IMG/VR virus record: IMGVR_UViG_3300021088_000009
Length of the DNA stretch: 64,000 nucleotides
From: a virus
Direction: 5' to 3' (one strand)
Under the pieces are notes generated by a model that searched no databases, was not told the origin of the DNA, and worked only from the letters and a program-made list of their open reading frames with translations. The translations under genes were made by a program, and so were the position numbers. Position 1 is the first letter of the stretch. Each line of letters opens with the position of its first letter. This document shows positions 8,358 through 17,106 of the stretch, piece after piece.

Positions 8358-8560
8358 TGGCTCCCCGACGACGTGTGGAGGGCCGGGAGGCGGCGAAGTT
8401 GGTGCGGGAGACCCGCCAGGAGCGGATCGCACGGGAAGCGGCGGAACGGGTGGTGTCGGACCGGGAGGCTCGGTTGCGGGCGAATGAGAAGTATGTGGCG
8501 GCGACGGGGAAGCCGATGCCGCAGGGTGGGGCACATCGGCGACGGAGAGGTGACGCGTGA
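8357..8560 (+). CDS. hypothetical basic protein
   Basis: TGATG start/stop overlap with the upstream gene. 67 aa. Confidence 0.5.
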   Translation: MAPRRRVEGREAAKLVRETRQERIAREAAERVVSDREARLRANEKYVAATGKPMPQGGAHRRRRGDA

Positions 8561-8883
8561 GCGGGTCGTTTGAACAGTGGCTGGGGGAGGCGAATCAGTT
8601 CGCGCGCCAGGCCGCACTCGGCCGGGAGTTCGAAAAGCGGAACAACATCGCTTCGGTGTTGATAACGAGTTTCATCTCGGCGGGGGAGTCGGATATCGCG
8701 ACTGGTGTCGCGGCGGATTTGACGGCCGGGGAGGTGGTGGCGTTGTTTCAGTGCGTGTTGGCGGCGCTGGTCGGTGATGACGCGCACGTCTCTGACATGG
8801 TGTGGGCGTCGGGGGACATAGGGTTGATGGCGAAGATGTCTCCGTTGTTGGCCGACGTGGAAGGGGACGCGTGTGGACAGTGA
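8557..8883 (+). CDS. hypothetical protein
   Basis: GTGA start/stop overlap with the upstream gene. 108 aa. Confidence 0.5.
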   Translation: MSGSFEQWLGEANQFARQAALGREFEKRNNIASVLITSFISAGESDIATGVAADLTAGEVVALFQCVLAALVGDDAHVSDMVWASGDIGLMAKMSPLLADVEGDACGQ

Positions 8884-9145
8884 CGGCTTGTATGCGCGGT
8901 TGCATGAGTCGGAGAAGCGCCGGAAGGTCGCGGCGATTCTGATCGATTCGATGCGGGACACCATGTCCGATCATCTACGGAAGCACCCGGACGATGTTCG
9001 GGAGCATTTCGTGAGCATGGAGTTGGGCATTGGGTGGTCGGAGACGGTGTTGCGCGCGTTGGCCGGCGATTTCGAGTATGTGAAGGCGACGATTCCGGCG
9101 GGTCACGAGTTGGTGGCGCGGCTCCGGGTTGTGTTGGGCGAGTAG
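8873..9145 (+). CDS. hypothetical protein
   Basis: GTG start. 90 aa. Confidence 0.5.
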   Translation: MDSDGLYARLHESEKRRKVAAILIDSMRDTMSDHLRKHPDDVREHFVSMELGIGWSETVLRALAGDFEYVKATIPAGHELVARLRVVLGE

Positions 9146-9163
9146 AGGAAAGGAGACTGGGGG

Positions 9164-9379
9164 ATGCGTGCGAGGCTGGTCCGGGCATTGTCCGTGATGG
9201 ATGAGGTGGTCCGGGCCGTGAAGTTTTTGACGGGGATTCTAGTCCTGTGCCTGTTTCAGGTGTTGATCGTGACGGGCCCGATGGGGGGCACGCCGGCCGC
9301 GTGGGTGGCGGTGGGTGTGTTGGTGGCGTGCGAGGTGGTGTTGCTGGTGTTGAGTATGCTGCGCTGGCCACCACGCTAA
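9164..9379 (+). CDS. small membrane protein (2 TM)
   Basis: AAAGGAG RBS, ATG start. Hydrophobic segments. Confidence 0.65.
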   Translation: MRARLVRALSVMDEVVRAVKFLTGILVLCLFQVLIVTGPMGGTPAAWVAVGVLVACEVVLLVLSMLRWPPR

Positions 9380-9411
9380 CTCTTGACAAACCGTAAAACC
9401 CTGGTTAGGAT
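9380..9411 (+). promoter_or_regulatory. promoter copy P11 overlapping the terminator hairpin
   Basis: -35 TTGACA at 9383-9388. -10 TAGGAT at 9406-9411. 17-nt spacer. Confidence 0.45.
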
Positions 9412-9428
9412 TCCCTAACCAGGGTTTT
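9389..9428 (+). terminator. rho-independent terminator overlapping promoter copy P11
   Basis: Perfect 13-bp stem aaccctggttagg/cctaaccagggtt followed by TTCGTTT. Confidence 0.65.
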
Positions 9429-9452
9429 CGTTTACCGTAGGAGAACACCACG

Positions 9453-9638
9453 ATGGTTCCCCAGGTTCGCTACCGCAACGGATGGTTGGCGTGGCAAGCC
9501 CCCGACGGCCGGTGGTGGCAAATCTCCACCTTCCGCCCCGACCTGGGCGCGGTCACCTCATCGGAATCAGCCAACGCCAACGCCGTGAAACTCGTGCCCG
9601 TCGTCAAGATGCCCCAACATGGAGGAAACAATGGCTGA
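9453..9638 (+). CDS. hypothetical protein
   Basis: TAGGAGAA RBS, ATG start. 61 aa. Confidence 0.55.
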   Translation: MVPQVRYRNGWLAWQAPDGRWWQISTFRPDLGAVTSSESANANAVKLVPVVKMPQHGGNNG

Positions 9639-9981
9639 CCAGTCACTCGGGCATTGGCGCGTCGGTCGCCATCAGACCCGGAACCTGTACTACACTCCCG
9701 ACGGCACGGCGGAGAAGGAGACTTTCCGGGGCGTGTTCTTCGACCCCGAGGAAGCGCCGCGTGTCGCCGAAGCGTTGAACGGCTCCCACTCGCCGGAGCT
9801 GGCGGTGGCGCTCGAATTCATCACGGCGTTCGTGGACGATAACCCGTGCCGCTACGACCATAACAACCACTGCCAGGAGCACGGTTGGTACGACGACGCG
9901 GGCGACCCGGAATGGCGGTGCCCGCATCAGGAGGCGAAGAAATTCCTCGACGCGCACGGCATCGATTGGGTGAATCAGTGA
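9631..9981 (+). CDS. hypothetical protein
   Basis: GGAGGA RBS, ATG start. 116 aa. Confidence 0.6.
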   Translation: MADQSLGHWRVGRHQTRNLYYTPDGTAEKETFRGVFFDPEEAPRVAEALNGSHSPELAVALEFITAFVDDNPCRYDHNNHCQEHGWYDDAGDPEWRCPHQEAKKFLDAHGIDWVNQ

Positions 9982-10187
9982 TGTATCGCGTCACACTGCA
10001 CATGACCAATGGCGTGCAAATCAGCACGTACGTGAACGACATCGATGCGGCCATGGTCCGCAGGGAAATGGGCAACGCGTGGAGTAGGGGCGTCACGAAA
10101 GGGGAGATCACCATTCAGGGAGATCCGACCATCGTCGTGAACCCCGTTCACGTCATCGCTGTCACCACACAGGCGGACAACCGGTGA
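9981..10187 (+). CDS. hypothetical protein
   Basis: TGATG start/stop overlap with the upstream gene. 68 aa. Confidence 0.55.
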   Translation: MYRVTLHMTNGVQISTYVNDIDAAMVRREMGNAWSRGVTKGEITIQGDPTIVVNPVHVIAVTTQADNR

Positions 10188-10561
10188 CCGGGGACGCGAC
10201 CGGCGCGGACTGGTGGGACCCCTACAGTCGGTTTGAGTCGTTGACGCCGGCGCAAACCTGTCGCGCGAACCAGGACATGATCGAACCGGCGTCGCGGGTC
10301 ATGTTCTGCGGTCGCTGTGGGCACGCTGCGTCCAACGCCCATCAGGGGCACAGTTGGCAGTGGTGCAGTGTGCTGGGCGCGATGTCCGCCGGGCACCACT
10401 TCTGCTGTCCTGGGTCGTGCGAGTTGGTGGACGGCCGGGACATGGACCCCACCGCGCCGTGCCATCCGGACCCGGACAAGCGTGAGGAGTGGGCGGCGGC
10501 CAAGGACGCGGACCGCGCGAACATGGCTGTGTGGCGGGAGATGGTGGACGGCGATGCGTGA
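10184..10561 (+). CDS. hypothetical Cys/His-rich protein
   Basis: GTGA start/stop overlap with the upstream gene. 125 aa. Confidence 0.55.
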   Translation: MTGDATGADWWDPYSRFESLTPAQTCRANQDMIEPASRVMFCGRCGHAASNAHQGHSWQWCSVLGAMSAGHHFCCPGSCELVDGRDMDPTAPCHPDPDKREEWAAAKDADRANMAVWREMVDGDA

Positions 10562-10961
10562 ACCCCGCGACACGAAACCGACGGATCCTCACTACTACGC
10601 GGTGCTGTCGGCCCCCATGCCCGCGCGGTGTGCCACCAGCATCAACGTCAACCCCTCCGTTCGCGGCTACTTGGCGTCCTTGTTGGAAGCGCTGTGGCTG
10701 GATGGCCCGAACTTCTCCGGCAAGCGGCCGTTCGGCCAGTCCGGGTGGAAGTGGGACGTGTACGAAGCGCTGGTGACCGCCGGCCTGGTGGATGGGCGAT
10801 TCGACGCGGACGGCTGTCTGGCGACCGTTGACGCTGACACCGCTGACCGTCTCATCCACAACGCCATCCACGCCATGGCCGGGTTCGCCCACCTCTACGC
10901 CACCGACGCGGGCCATTTCTGTCAACATCACTGCCCGCAACGCGAAAGGACCGGCACGTGA
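10554..10961 (+). CDS. hypothetical protein
   Basis: ATG start overlapping the upstream stop. 135 aa. Confidence 0.55.
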   Translation: MREPRDTKPTDPHYYAVLSAPMPARCATSINVNPSVRGYLASLLEALWLDGPNFSGKRPFGQSGWKWDVYEALVTAGLVDGRFDADGCLATVDADTADRLIHNAIHAMAGFAHLYATDAGHFCQHHCPQRERTGT

Positions 10962-13219
10962 CGACCGCCCAGGAGCAAGCCCTCCGCGCCACGGAAACCG
11001 CCCTGCTGGCGGCCGTGGACCGTCGCCTGATCCCCGACAACGAACTGGGCACCGTCGCCCAGCTTGCGGCTGTGGTGCGCTCGGGGCGGGAACTGAACCG
11101 CCTGGAAGCCGCCCTGGCGTGGCGTGTCCTCAACCGGCACCGCCCCCGCCTGGCCGCCCGAGGCGTCACCGTGCCCGGGCCGGCCGCCACCCCTCCGCCG
11201 GCCGCGCCCACGGTAGGCGGCCCGCGACCGGAGGTGTCGATCCGCGCGGACGGGCGCATCGCGATCCGCAACGCGCCGTTCGTGGTGAATGAGTCCCTCA
11301 AGGTCGGGTTGCACGCGTCGTTCGAGAAGCGCTACGCCGAGTGGCACGTGTCGCCGACCCCGTCCGGCGCGGCCGGTGTGCTCGCCTTGTTGCGGGATCA
11401 CGGGCCGCTGGTGTCGCCCCGGGTTCAGGAACTCGCGGATGAGGCACACGACTCCGCCCAGCATCGGGCCGTGTTGGACCCGGACGCGCCGGTCCCGACC
11501 ATGCCCACCGATCACTTGGTGTTGTCGCCGTTGTGGGAACACCAGTTGCGGGCCCTGTCGTATTCGTCGCAGGTGTCCGCGTCGATGATCGCGGTCCCGA
11601 TGGGTGGCGGGAAGACGGCGTCCACGGTGGCGACGGTGAACAACGTGGGCGCGGCGCGGGTGCTGATCGTGTGCCCCAACAAGGTGCGGGGGGTGTGGCC
11701 GCGTGAAGTCGCGAAGTGGTCGGCGCGGCCGTGGCACATTGTGGATGGGAAGCGGCCGTCACGGCGGAAGGGCGCGTTGCCGCAGGATATGACGGTCGCG
11801 GAGCGGCTTCACCAGGCGGAGGAGTGCCTGTTTGACTGCGCGTGCGGCGCGGCGCATGTGGCGGTGTTCAACTATGAGATGTTGACGCGGGAGCCGGTGG
11901 CGTCGTGGGTGCCGCCGCAACGACTCGACATGATCATTTACGATGAGATTCACCGCCTCAAGTCCCCCACCGGGAAAGGCTCCAAAACCGCCGGGGCGTG
12001 GGTCGACTTCTCCCAGCGCCGTATCGGCCTGTCCGGGACACCGATGCCGCAACACCCGTGGGACATTTTCGGTGTGTACCGGGCGTTGGACCCGAACATT
12101 TTCGGGCACGTGTGGACGCCGTTTAACCGCAAGTATGTGGAGTCGCGGACCGCGATGATCGAGACACGCGGCGAGGACGGGAACATGTTCACGGTGTCCC
12201 GCGAGTTCCCGGCGCAGATCAAACAGCAGTGGGCGGAGGAGTTCGCCGCAAAGGTGCATAGCATCATGTACCGGCCGACGATCGATTTGAAACTGCCGGG
12301 GGTGGAGCACATCACGCGGGAGGTTCAGTTGGAGCCCGCCGCGTGGAAGGTGTACAAGGATTTGGATGAGCACATGTCCGCCGATTTGCGTGCGTTCGCG
12401 AAAGGCGAGGATGTGGACGAGGCTATGTTGATGCCGAAAAACATCATCGCCCGCATCGGACGGCTCATGCAACTGACCGGCGGCACCGTTCCCGATGACG
12501 GCGAGTATGACAACGATGGGAAACTGGTTCGCCAGAGTTATCGGGTGTCGACGGCGAAAGCGGACGCGTTGGCGGAGATCCTGGACGACGCCGGCTGTGT
12601 GCCGGACCGGCCGGGCGGCCCGGAGCCGGTGATCGTGTACTGCCAGTACCGGACGGATCTGGACGCAATCCGGAAGGTGGTCGAGGACGCGGGGTTGCGG
12701 TACGGGGAGATCTCCGGCCGTCGTTCGGATGGCTTGTCGTCGTTGGGGGAGATGTCGGAGCACGCGGACGTGGTGGGTGTGCAAATCCAGTCCGGTGGCA
12801 CCGGTGTGGACCTCACCCGTGCCCGCTACGGCGTGTGGTACTCGGCGGGGCACAGTCTGGGTGACTATGACCAGGCGTTGAAGCGTCAGGACCGGCCCGG
12901 CCAGACACGACCGGTCGTCTTCATTCACCTGATCGCCGTGAACACGGTGGACTTGGACGTCTACAAGGGCCTGTCGGAGCGGAGTTCGGTGGTGGCCGCG
13001 TTCCTCCGCGCGCGGGGCGTGGATCCGGCCGCGTTGGGCATTGACGACACGGCCGCGCCGGAGGAGATCCTGGACCGGTCGGGTCGGGTGGGGGCGCATG
13101 TGGTGTTGCCGATCGACGAGTTCAAGCCCGCGCCGTGGAACCCGTCGCCGGGGCATGTGCGGAAGCCGGTGGAGCGGGATTGGAATCTGTTGCAACAGTT
13201 CGACCTGGAGGATCTGTGA
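10958..13219 (+). CDS. SNF2/DEAD-DEAH-like superfamily-2 helicase
   Basis: 753 aa. Walker A motif PMGGGKTAS. DEIH box in IYDEIHRLKS. C-terminal helicase-domain motifs (QIQSGGTGVDLT, QALKRQDRPGQTRPV). Confidence 0.8.
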   Translation: MTTAQEQALRATETALLAAVDRRLIPDNELGTVAQLAAVVRSGRELNRLEAALAWRVLNRHRPRLAARGVTVPGPAATPPPAAPTVGGPRPEVSIRADGRIAIRNAPFVVNESLKVGLHASFEKRYAEWHVSPTPSGAAGVLALLRDHGPLVSPRVQELADEAHDSAQHRAVLDPDAPVPTMPTDHLVLSPLWEHQLRALSYSSQVSASMIAVPMGGGKTASTVATVNNVGAARVLIVCPNKVRGVWPREVAKWSARPWHIVDGKRPSRRKGALPQDMTVAERLHQAEECLFDCACGAAHVAVFNYEMLTREPVASWVPPQRLDMIIYDEIHRLKSPTGKGSKTAGAWVDFSQRRIGLSGTPMPQHPWDIFGVYRALDPNIFGHVWTPFNRKYVESRTAMIETRGEDGNMFTVSREFPAQIKQQWAEEFAAKVHSIMYRPTIDLKLPGVEHITREVQLEPAAWKVYKDLDEHMSADLRAFAKGEDVDEAMLMPKNIIARIGRLMQLTGGTVPDDGEYDNDGKLVRQSYRVSTAKADALAEILDDAGCVPDRPGGPEPVIVYCQYRTDLDAIRKVVEDAGLRYGEISGRRSDGLSSLGEMSEHADVVGVQIQSGGTGVDLTRARYGVWYSAGHSLGDYDQALKRQDRPGQTRPVVFIHLIAVNTVDLDVYKGLSERSSVVAAFLRARGVDPAALGIDDTAAPEEILDRSGRVGAHVVLPIDEFKPAPWNPSPGHVRKPVERDWNLLQQFDLEDL

Positions 13220-13419
13220 TGGCACGGAGCACGTGCGTGTATGTGGTGATGGACATGGATTCCACACCGGTCGCGGGGTTCACGGTGAAACATGAGCTGA
13301 TCGAATGGTTGGAGCGGCATCCGGATGTCACGGCGGATGATTTCACGGTGTGGCGGTGCGGTGATGGCCTGTCGCAGAACGCGCCGCGTTGCATGCGTGC
13401 CGTTGAACTGACGGCCTGA
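13219..13419 (+). CDS. hypothetical protein
   Basis: TGATG start/stop overlap with the upstream gene. 66 aa. Confidence 0.5.
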   Translation: MARSTCVYVVMDMDSTPVAGFTVKHELIEWLERHPDVTADDFTVWRCGDGLSQNAPRCMRAVELTA

Positions 13420-13421
13420 TC

Positions 13422-13703
13422 ATGGCGTGGGATCGTCGCCGGTATGATTGGTTGCCGAAGTTTCCGGACGGCTGTCAGGTGTTTTACGCTGAGGATTCGG
13501 GCATGATCGTCGTGAACCGTGTCGGTAAGGACGTCACGACATGGGCGGTGCGGCCGCCGTTCTCGATCGTGTCGGAGTGCCCGTGGTGCGACACGATGGG
13601 AATGCATTTCATGTTCGAACCCGGCATAGAAAACCGTGACCCGACACAGCCGGTGATCGTGCGGGAATGCGCGTGTGGACGACAGTGGATGGAGCGCATG
13701 TGA
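13422..13703 (+). CDS. hypothetical zinc-finger protein
   Basis: ATG start. 93 aa. Carries the motifs CPWC...CACG. Confidence 0.6.
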   Translation: MAWDRRRYDWLPKFPDGCQVFYAEDSGMIVVNRVGKDVTTWAVRPPFSIVSECPWCDTMGMHFMFEPGIENRDPTQPVIVRECACGRQWMERM

Positions 13704-14287
13704 TGGAACCCCGTAGGGTGTTTTACGACACTGAGTTTATCGACGACGGCCGGACGATTCGGCTGATTTCGATTGGCATGGTGGACGAAGACGGTAACAC
13801 GTATTACGCCGTGGTGAACGACGTGGAGGTGATGCATGACGCGATGCGGCATCCGTGGTTGCCGGACAATGTGATGGTGCACCTTCCCGGGCGCGAGACA
13901 CACGGCACCGACGGTACGTGGTGGTGGAACTGGGATCGGGCGCACAAGGACTTTGACGCGGTGAAGCCCCGGGCGCAGATCGCGGCGGAGGTGGCCGTGT
14001 TCCTGCTCGCCCCCGGTGTGCCGGTGGAGTTGTGGGCCTGGTTCGCCGCCTACGACCACGTGGCCCTGTCCCAGCTGTTCGGGACCATGGTGGGGTTGCC
14101 GTCGGGGATCCCGATGTTCACGCACGAGTTGGTGCAACGGTGGAAGGAGTCGGGGCAGCCGGAGAAGCCGGTCCAGCACTCGGCGCACAACGCGTTGACG
14201 GATGCGTACTGGAACCGGGCGTTGTGGTTGCGGTGCGAGGCGGCCCGGTTCCCGCCGGTGTTGCGGCGGGGCGGCGGCCGGGGATGA
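13703..14287 (+). CDS. DEDDh 3'-5' exonuclease (RNase T/DnaQ-like)
   Basis: Exo I motif FYDTEFIDDG. Exo III motif HNALTDA. 194 aa. Confidence 0.7.
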   Translation: MEPRRVFYDTEFIDDGRTIRLISIGMVDEDGNTYYAVVNDVEVMHDAMRHPWLPDNVMVHLPGRETHGTDGTWWWNWDRAHKDFDAVKPRAQIAAEVAVFLLAPGVPVELWAWFAAYDHVALSQLFGTMVGLPSGIPMFTHELVQRWKESGQPEKPVQHSAHNALTDAYWNRALWLRCEAARFPPVLRRGGGRG

Positions 14288-14325
14288 TCAGGTGCGCAAC
14301 CAGGTGGACGGGGAGGTGATGATGG

Positions 14326-14499
14326 ATGGGTGAGGACAGGTCGCCGGACCGGCACGGGTGGGCGTCTCGGGCGTTCGACGCGGTGGCGGAGTGGTTGTTG
14401 CCGGATCCGACGGCACGGGTGGAGCGTGCGTTGCGGGAGTTCAAGGCCCGTGAGCAGCGGGAACAGGGTCCTGACGAGAAACCTTCCCAGAAGGGTTGA
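14326..14499 (+). CDS. hypothetical 57-aa protein
   Basis: GGGAGGTG RBS, ATG start. High GC3. Its end overlaps promoter copy P6. Confidence 0.35.
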   Translation: MGEDRSPDRHGWASRAFDAVAEWLLPDPTARVERALREFKAREQREQGPDEKPSQKG

Positions 14500-14524
14500 C
14501 AACCCGGAAAGCCGTGGGTAATGT
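14485..14524 (+). promoter_or_regulatory. promoter copy P6 (heads the tRNA array)
   Basis: AGAAGGGTTGACAACCCGG with -35 at 14496-14501. -10 TAATGT at 14519-14524. Confidence 0.55.
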
Positions 14525-14584
14525 TCTCGGTGTCAGGACGGGAAGCACTCCCCCGGACAGGCACCAGCAAGGCGGACATGCTCA

Positions 14585-14665
14585 ACACAACTTCACTGAT
14601 GCGATCGCACTGGGTTACTTCAATTGGTGAAACAACACCTGGCGCATTCCGGTTCTCAGTGAAGC
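14585..14665 (+). repeat. tRNA-derived degenerate repeat, copy E (scrambled tRNA-Glu-like: TTCAATTGGTG...GGCGCATTCCGGTTCTCAG)
   Basis: Shares the D-loop, acceptor and anticodon-arm segments of tRNA-Glu(CTC) at 19573, but the arms do not pair. Confidence 0.45.
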
Positions 14666-14678
14666 CACCTAACTACAT

Positions 14679-14750
14679 GCACCCTTAGCTCAGCGGGAGA
14701 GCGGCTCTCTTACAAAGAGCGGGTCGGGAGTTCAATTCTCTCAGGGTGTA
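14679..14750 (+). tRNA. tRNA-Val(TAC)
   Basis: Manual fold. Acceptor stem gcaccct/agggtgt. Anticodon loop CTTACAA. T-loop TTCAATT. No encoded CCA. Confidence 0.7.
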
Positions 14751-14934
14751 CAAGGGGCCGACGTGATGCATGATGCGCGTCAACCATCACGTCGGTTCCG
14801 ATCCACAACTCCATGTTCTTGCGGTGCGGGCGTCAACGTCACCGAACCGGGTCATGGTGACCGGGGAGGATCGAAGATGCGGAGCGTTTACAAGCTTTGG
14901 CGCTGTGAAGTGTCTGCGCCCGCATCGCATACCT

Positions 14935-15007
14935 GGGCCTGTAGCTCATCTGGAAGAGCACCTGTTTTGCACACAGGGGGTGGCGGGTTCAAGTCCTGTC
15001 AGGTCCA
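14935..15007 (+). tRNA. tRNA-Ala(TGC)
   Basis: G3:U70 identity pair is present. Anticodon loop TTTGCAC. T-loop TTCAAGT. Confidence 0.75.
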
Positions 15008-15193
15008 CAACCGGGCGACCGGGATCTAACTGAATGAACTTCCATCAGCTGGTCAGTACACCTCGTAAGTCCTGCCTTGGTAGGCAAGCGGGTTAGGGCC
15101 AGCCACGCGGAAGGTGGGAGTGCAGGCCATCGGCTGAGGGCATGCGCACGAGCGAGGTCGGTGGGGACCAGACTCCAGACAACAACTCCATAT

Positions 15194-15266
15194 GCCACTG
15201 TAGCTCAGTCGGAAGAGCGCCTTACTTGTAATAAGGATGTCGCGGGTTCGAATCCTGTCTGTGGCT
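15194..15266 (+). tRNA. tRNA-Thr(TGT)
   Basis: D-arm TAGCTCAGTCGGAAGAGC. Anticodon loop CTTGTAA. One acceptor-stem mismatch at 6:67. Confidence 0.65.
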
Positions 15267-15288
15267 CGTTATACAACTACAACTACAT

Positions 15289-15359
15289 TGCCCGCTCGTT
15301 CAACGGCAGGACACCGGACTCTGACTCCGGGGATCTAGGTTCGAATCCTGGGTGGGCAG
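15289..15359 (+). tRNA. tRNA-Gln(CTG)
   Basis: U1:A72 pair. Anticodon loop CTCTGAC. T-loop TTCGAAT. Confidence 0.65.
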
Positions 15360-15397
15360 CGTTTGACAGTCTCGGTAGAGCATGGTAGCTTTAATCC

Positions 15398-15787
15398 ATG
15401 CCGCTAGCGGACAAGGAAAAGTACAATAACTACATGCGCGACTACATGAAACGCAGGTATCACCAGCGACGCGCAGAGGCAATCCAGCTTCTGGGCTCCC
15501 GGTGCGTTCAGTGTGGTACGACAGAAAACCTTGAAACCGATCACGTTGATCGGACAACTAAATCGTTTGATCTTGGCAAGCTTTGGTCAGTTGCTCGACA
15601 CCTTTACTTGGAAGAGTTGAAGAAGTGTCAACTACTGTGCGAGGATTGCCATAGGCGGAAATCTGCTTCCGAAATGTCGGTGTCTCACGGAGGCGGTATT
15701 TCCGGCAAGAAGAATTGCAAGTGTGAGCCTTGTCGGATCAAAAAGAGGGCTTACATGCGTAATTATAGGCGAGGGTCGGTATCCTAG
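15398..15787 (+). CDS. HNH endonuclease
   Basis: 129 aa. HNH motif elements CVQCG...ETDHV...CEDCHRRK. AT-richer codon usage than its surroundings. The 3' end overlaps the tRNA-Lys(TTT) gene. Start codon uncertain. Confidence 0.75.
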   Translation: MPLADKEKYNNYMRDYMKRRYHQRRAEAIQLLGSRCVQCGTTENLETDHVDRTTKSFDLGKLWSVARHLYLEELKKCQLLCEDCHRRKSASEMSVSHGGGISGKKNCKCEPCRIKKRAYMRNYRRGSVS

Positions 15788-15847
15788 TCTGGTTAAGGAA
15801 ACGAACTTTTAATTCGTGCGCCGTGGGTTCAAATCCCACCCGGCCTA
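15773..15847 (+). tRNA. tRNA-Lys(TTT)
   Basis: Anticodon loop CTTTTAA. T-loop TTCAAAT. Acceptor stem has two G-U pairs. Confidence 0.65.
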
Positions 15848-15852
15848 CTTGG

Positions 15853-15924
15853 TTCCCGTTGCTCTAATCGGCAAGAGACTGGATTTTGGTTCCGGGGATC
15901 TAGGTTCGAATCCTAGACGGGAAG
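15853..15924 (+). tRNA. tRNA-Gln(TTG)
   Basis: Perfect acceptor stem ttcccgt/acgggaa with U1:A72. Anticodon loop TTTTGGT. Confidence 0.65.
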
Positions 15925-15950
15925 CGTTAGTTCTACACCTACAACTACAT

Positions 15951-16025
15951 GCGCCGTTAGCTCAGGCCGGTCAGAGCTGGATACTCTTACTATTCAGGTC
16001 GGGGGTTCGAATCCCTCACGGCGTA
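15951..16025 (+). tRNA. tRNA-Lys(CTT)
   Basis: D-arm TAGCTCAGGCCGGTCAGAGC. Anticodon loop CTCTTAC. T-loop TTCGAAT. Confidence 0.65.
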
Positions 16026-16123
16026 CGTCACAGCCGGTTCGGCGGCTGCCCGTGGCCAACAGTTGCGACAGAGTGACATGGGGAAACGACAGTGGTATGA
16101 CGTCTACTGCCTAGTCCGAACAT

Positions 16124-16196
16124 GGGTCGGTAGCTCAGATGGTAGAGCACTCCCCTGAAAAGGGAGGGGCCGGTGGTTCGAGTCCACTCCTTCCCA
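16124..16196 (+). tRNA. tRNA-Phe(GAA), acceptor stem imperfect
   Basis: Anticodon stem-loop ctccc CTGAAAA gggag. T-loop TTCGAGT. Two acceptor-stem mismatches, so it may be a pseudogene. Confidence 0.5.
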
Positions 16197-16216
16197 CGCA
16201 CCACACACAATTACAT

Positions 16217-16291
16217 TGCGCGGTAACTCAGTCTGGTAAGAGTGCCGATCTGATACATCGGTGGCCCGTGGTTCAAATCCACGCCGCGCAA
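16217..16291 (+). tRNA. tRNA-Ile(GAT)
   Basis: Acceptor stem tgcgcgg/ccgcgca. Anticodon loop CTGATAC. T-loop TTCAAAT. Confidence 0.65.
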
Positions 16292-16399
16292 CGGGGACAC
16301 TGGAGAAATCGTCCATCCGGGCTTTAGTACCCGGTGTCCTACCAACTGAATGCCCTTGACTGCGGCGACTGTCTTTGACAACTCCATGAACACCTCGCG

Positions 16400-16445
16400 A
16401 TGCGAAGGATCGGGTTACTTCCGCTTCCATGTTAGCGGACTAGCT
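16400..16445 (+). repeat. tRNA-derived degenerate repeat (GATGCG...GGGTTACTTC family), copy A
   Basis: cgcgatgcgaaggatcGGGTTACTTCcgc. Related copies lie at 14585-14665, 16545-16665, 17180-17290 and 17295-17345. Confidence 0.5.
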
Positions 16446-16508
16446 CAATTGGTAGAGCGCCCCCCGATGAGGGGGGAGGTTCCGGGTTCGAGTCCCGGGT
16501 CTCATACC
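16434..16508 (+). pseudogene. tRNA-like pseudogene (anticodon arm CCCCCC-GATGAG-GGGGGG, acceptor stem unpaired)
   Basis: D-arm TAGCTCAATTGGTAGAGC and T-loop GGTTCGAGTCC are intact, but the anticodon loop is aberrant and the acceptor stem does not pair. Confidence 0.35.
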
Positions 16509-16544
16509 TGATTCGCCCGGTTCTCGTGAGGTCTCAAAGTTTTG

Positions 16545-16665
16545 AACGCCGTGTGATGCGTAGGAATGGGTTACTTCAAACTGAACATTTGGCGATCCGA
16601 GTTCGACTCTCGGCGGCTCCACTCGTGGGGCCGTGTGTGGACATAGTTTAACCTGGTCCGCTTGG
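16545..16665 (+). repeat. tRNA-derived degenerate repeat, copy B (orphan T-arm/acceptor GAGTTCGACTCTCGGCGGCTCCA)
   Basis: gtgtgatgcgtaggaatGGGTTACTTCaaactgaa...cgcttGGTTCTCacacgg. No matching 5' acceptor half. Confidence 0.5.
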
Positions 16666-16680
16666 TTCTCACACGGTTAA

Positions 16681-16752
16681 GCCGACGTAGCGCAGTGGTA
16701 GCGCAACACCTTGTCAGGGTGAAGGTCGCGGGTTCGACCCCCGTCGTTGGCG
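16681..16752 (+). tRNA. tRNA-Asp(GTC)
   Basis: Acceptor stem gccgacg/cgttggc. Anticodon loop TTGTCAG. T-loop TTCGACC. Confidence 0.7.
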
Positions 16753-16753
16753 C

Positions 16754-16942
16754 GTGCGTGTAACCACAATCGTGAATCCCGACAGCGGAGACGTTCGACT
16801 GATGTTGGACGGCAACCTGGTCGTGGAACTTCGCGGGGGCAACCCCGCCGGCCTGCTCCGGGAACTGGGCACAGCCATCAAGGACAGCGCCCGTGATGTT
16901 GAGCGGGTACGCACAAGGTTGGGTTACTCGAACAGGGGGTGA
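16754..16942 (+). CDS. hypothetical 62-aa protein embedded in the tRNA array
   Basis: ORF with GTG start immediately after tRNA-Asp. Decent GC3. Confidence 0.35.
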   Translation: MRVTTIVNPDSGDVRLMLDGNLVVELRGGNPAGLLRELGTAIKDSARDVERVRTRLGYSNRG

Positions 16943-16947
16943 CAAGC

Positions 16948-17106
16948 ATGGCGCATTCACCACACAAGCGGTGGAAAGGGTGCGCCATGTGCAAGGCGCA
17001 CAAGTTCAAGGACAACGGTCGTAGTGAGCGGGACCCGTTCCGTTACCTGCGGTTCGTGGGCAAGAGACGCCGGGTCAGTCGTCATGACCTGGGCGACCGG
17101 GTGTAG
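16948..17106 (+). CDS. hypothetical 52-aa basic Cys-containing peptide
   Basis: ATG start. Translation MAHSPHKRWKGCAMCKAHKFKDNGRSERDPFRYLRFVGKRRRVSRHDLGDRV. Its end overlaps the tRNA-Pro 5' end. Confidence 0.35.
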   Translation: MAHSPHKRWKGCAMCKAHKFKDNGRSERDPFRYLRFVGKRRRVSRHDLGDRV

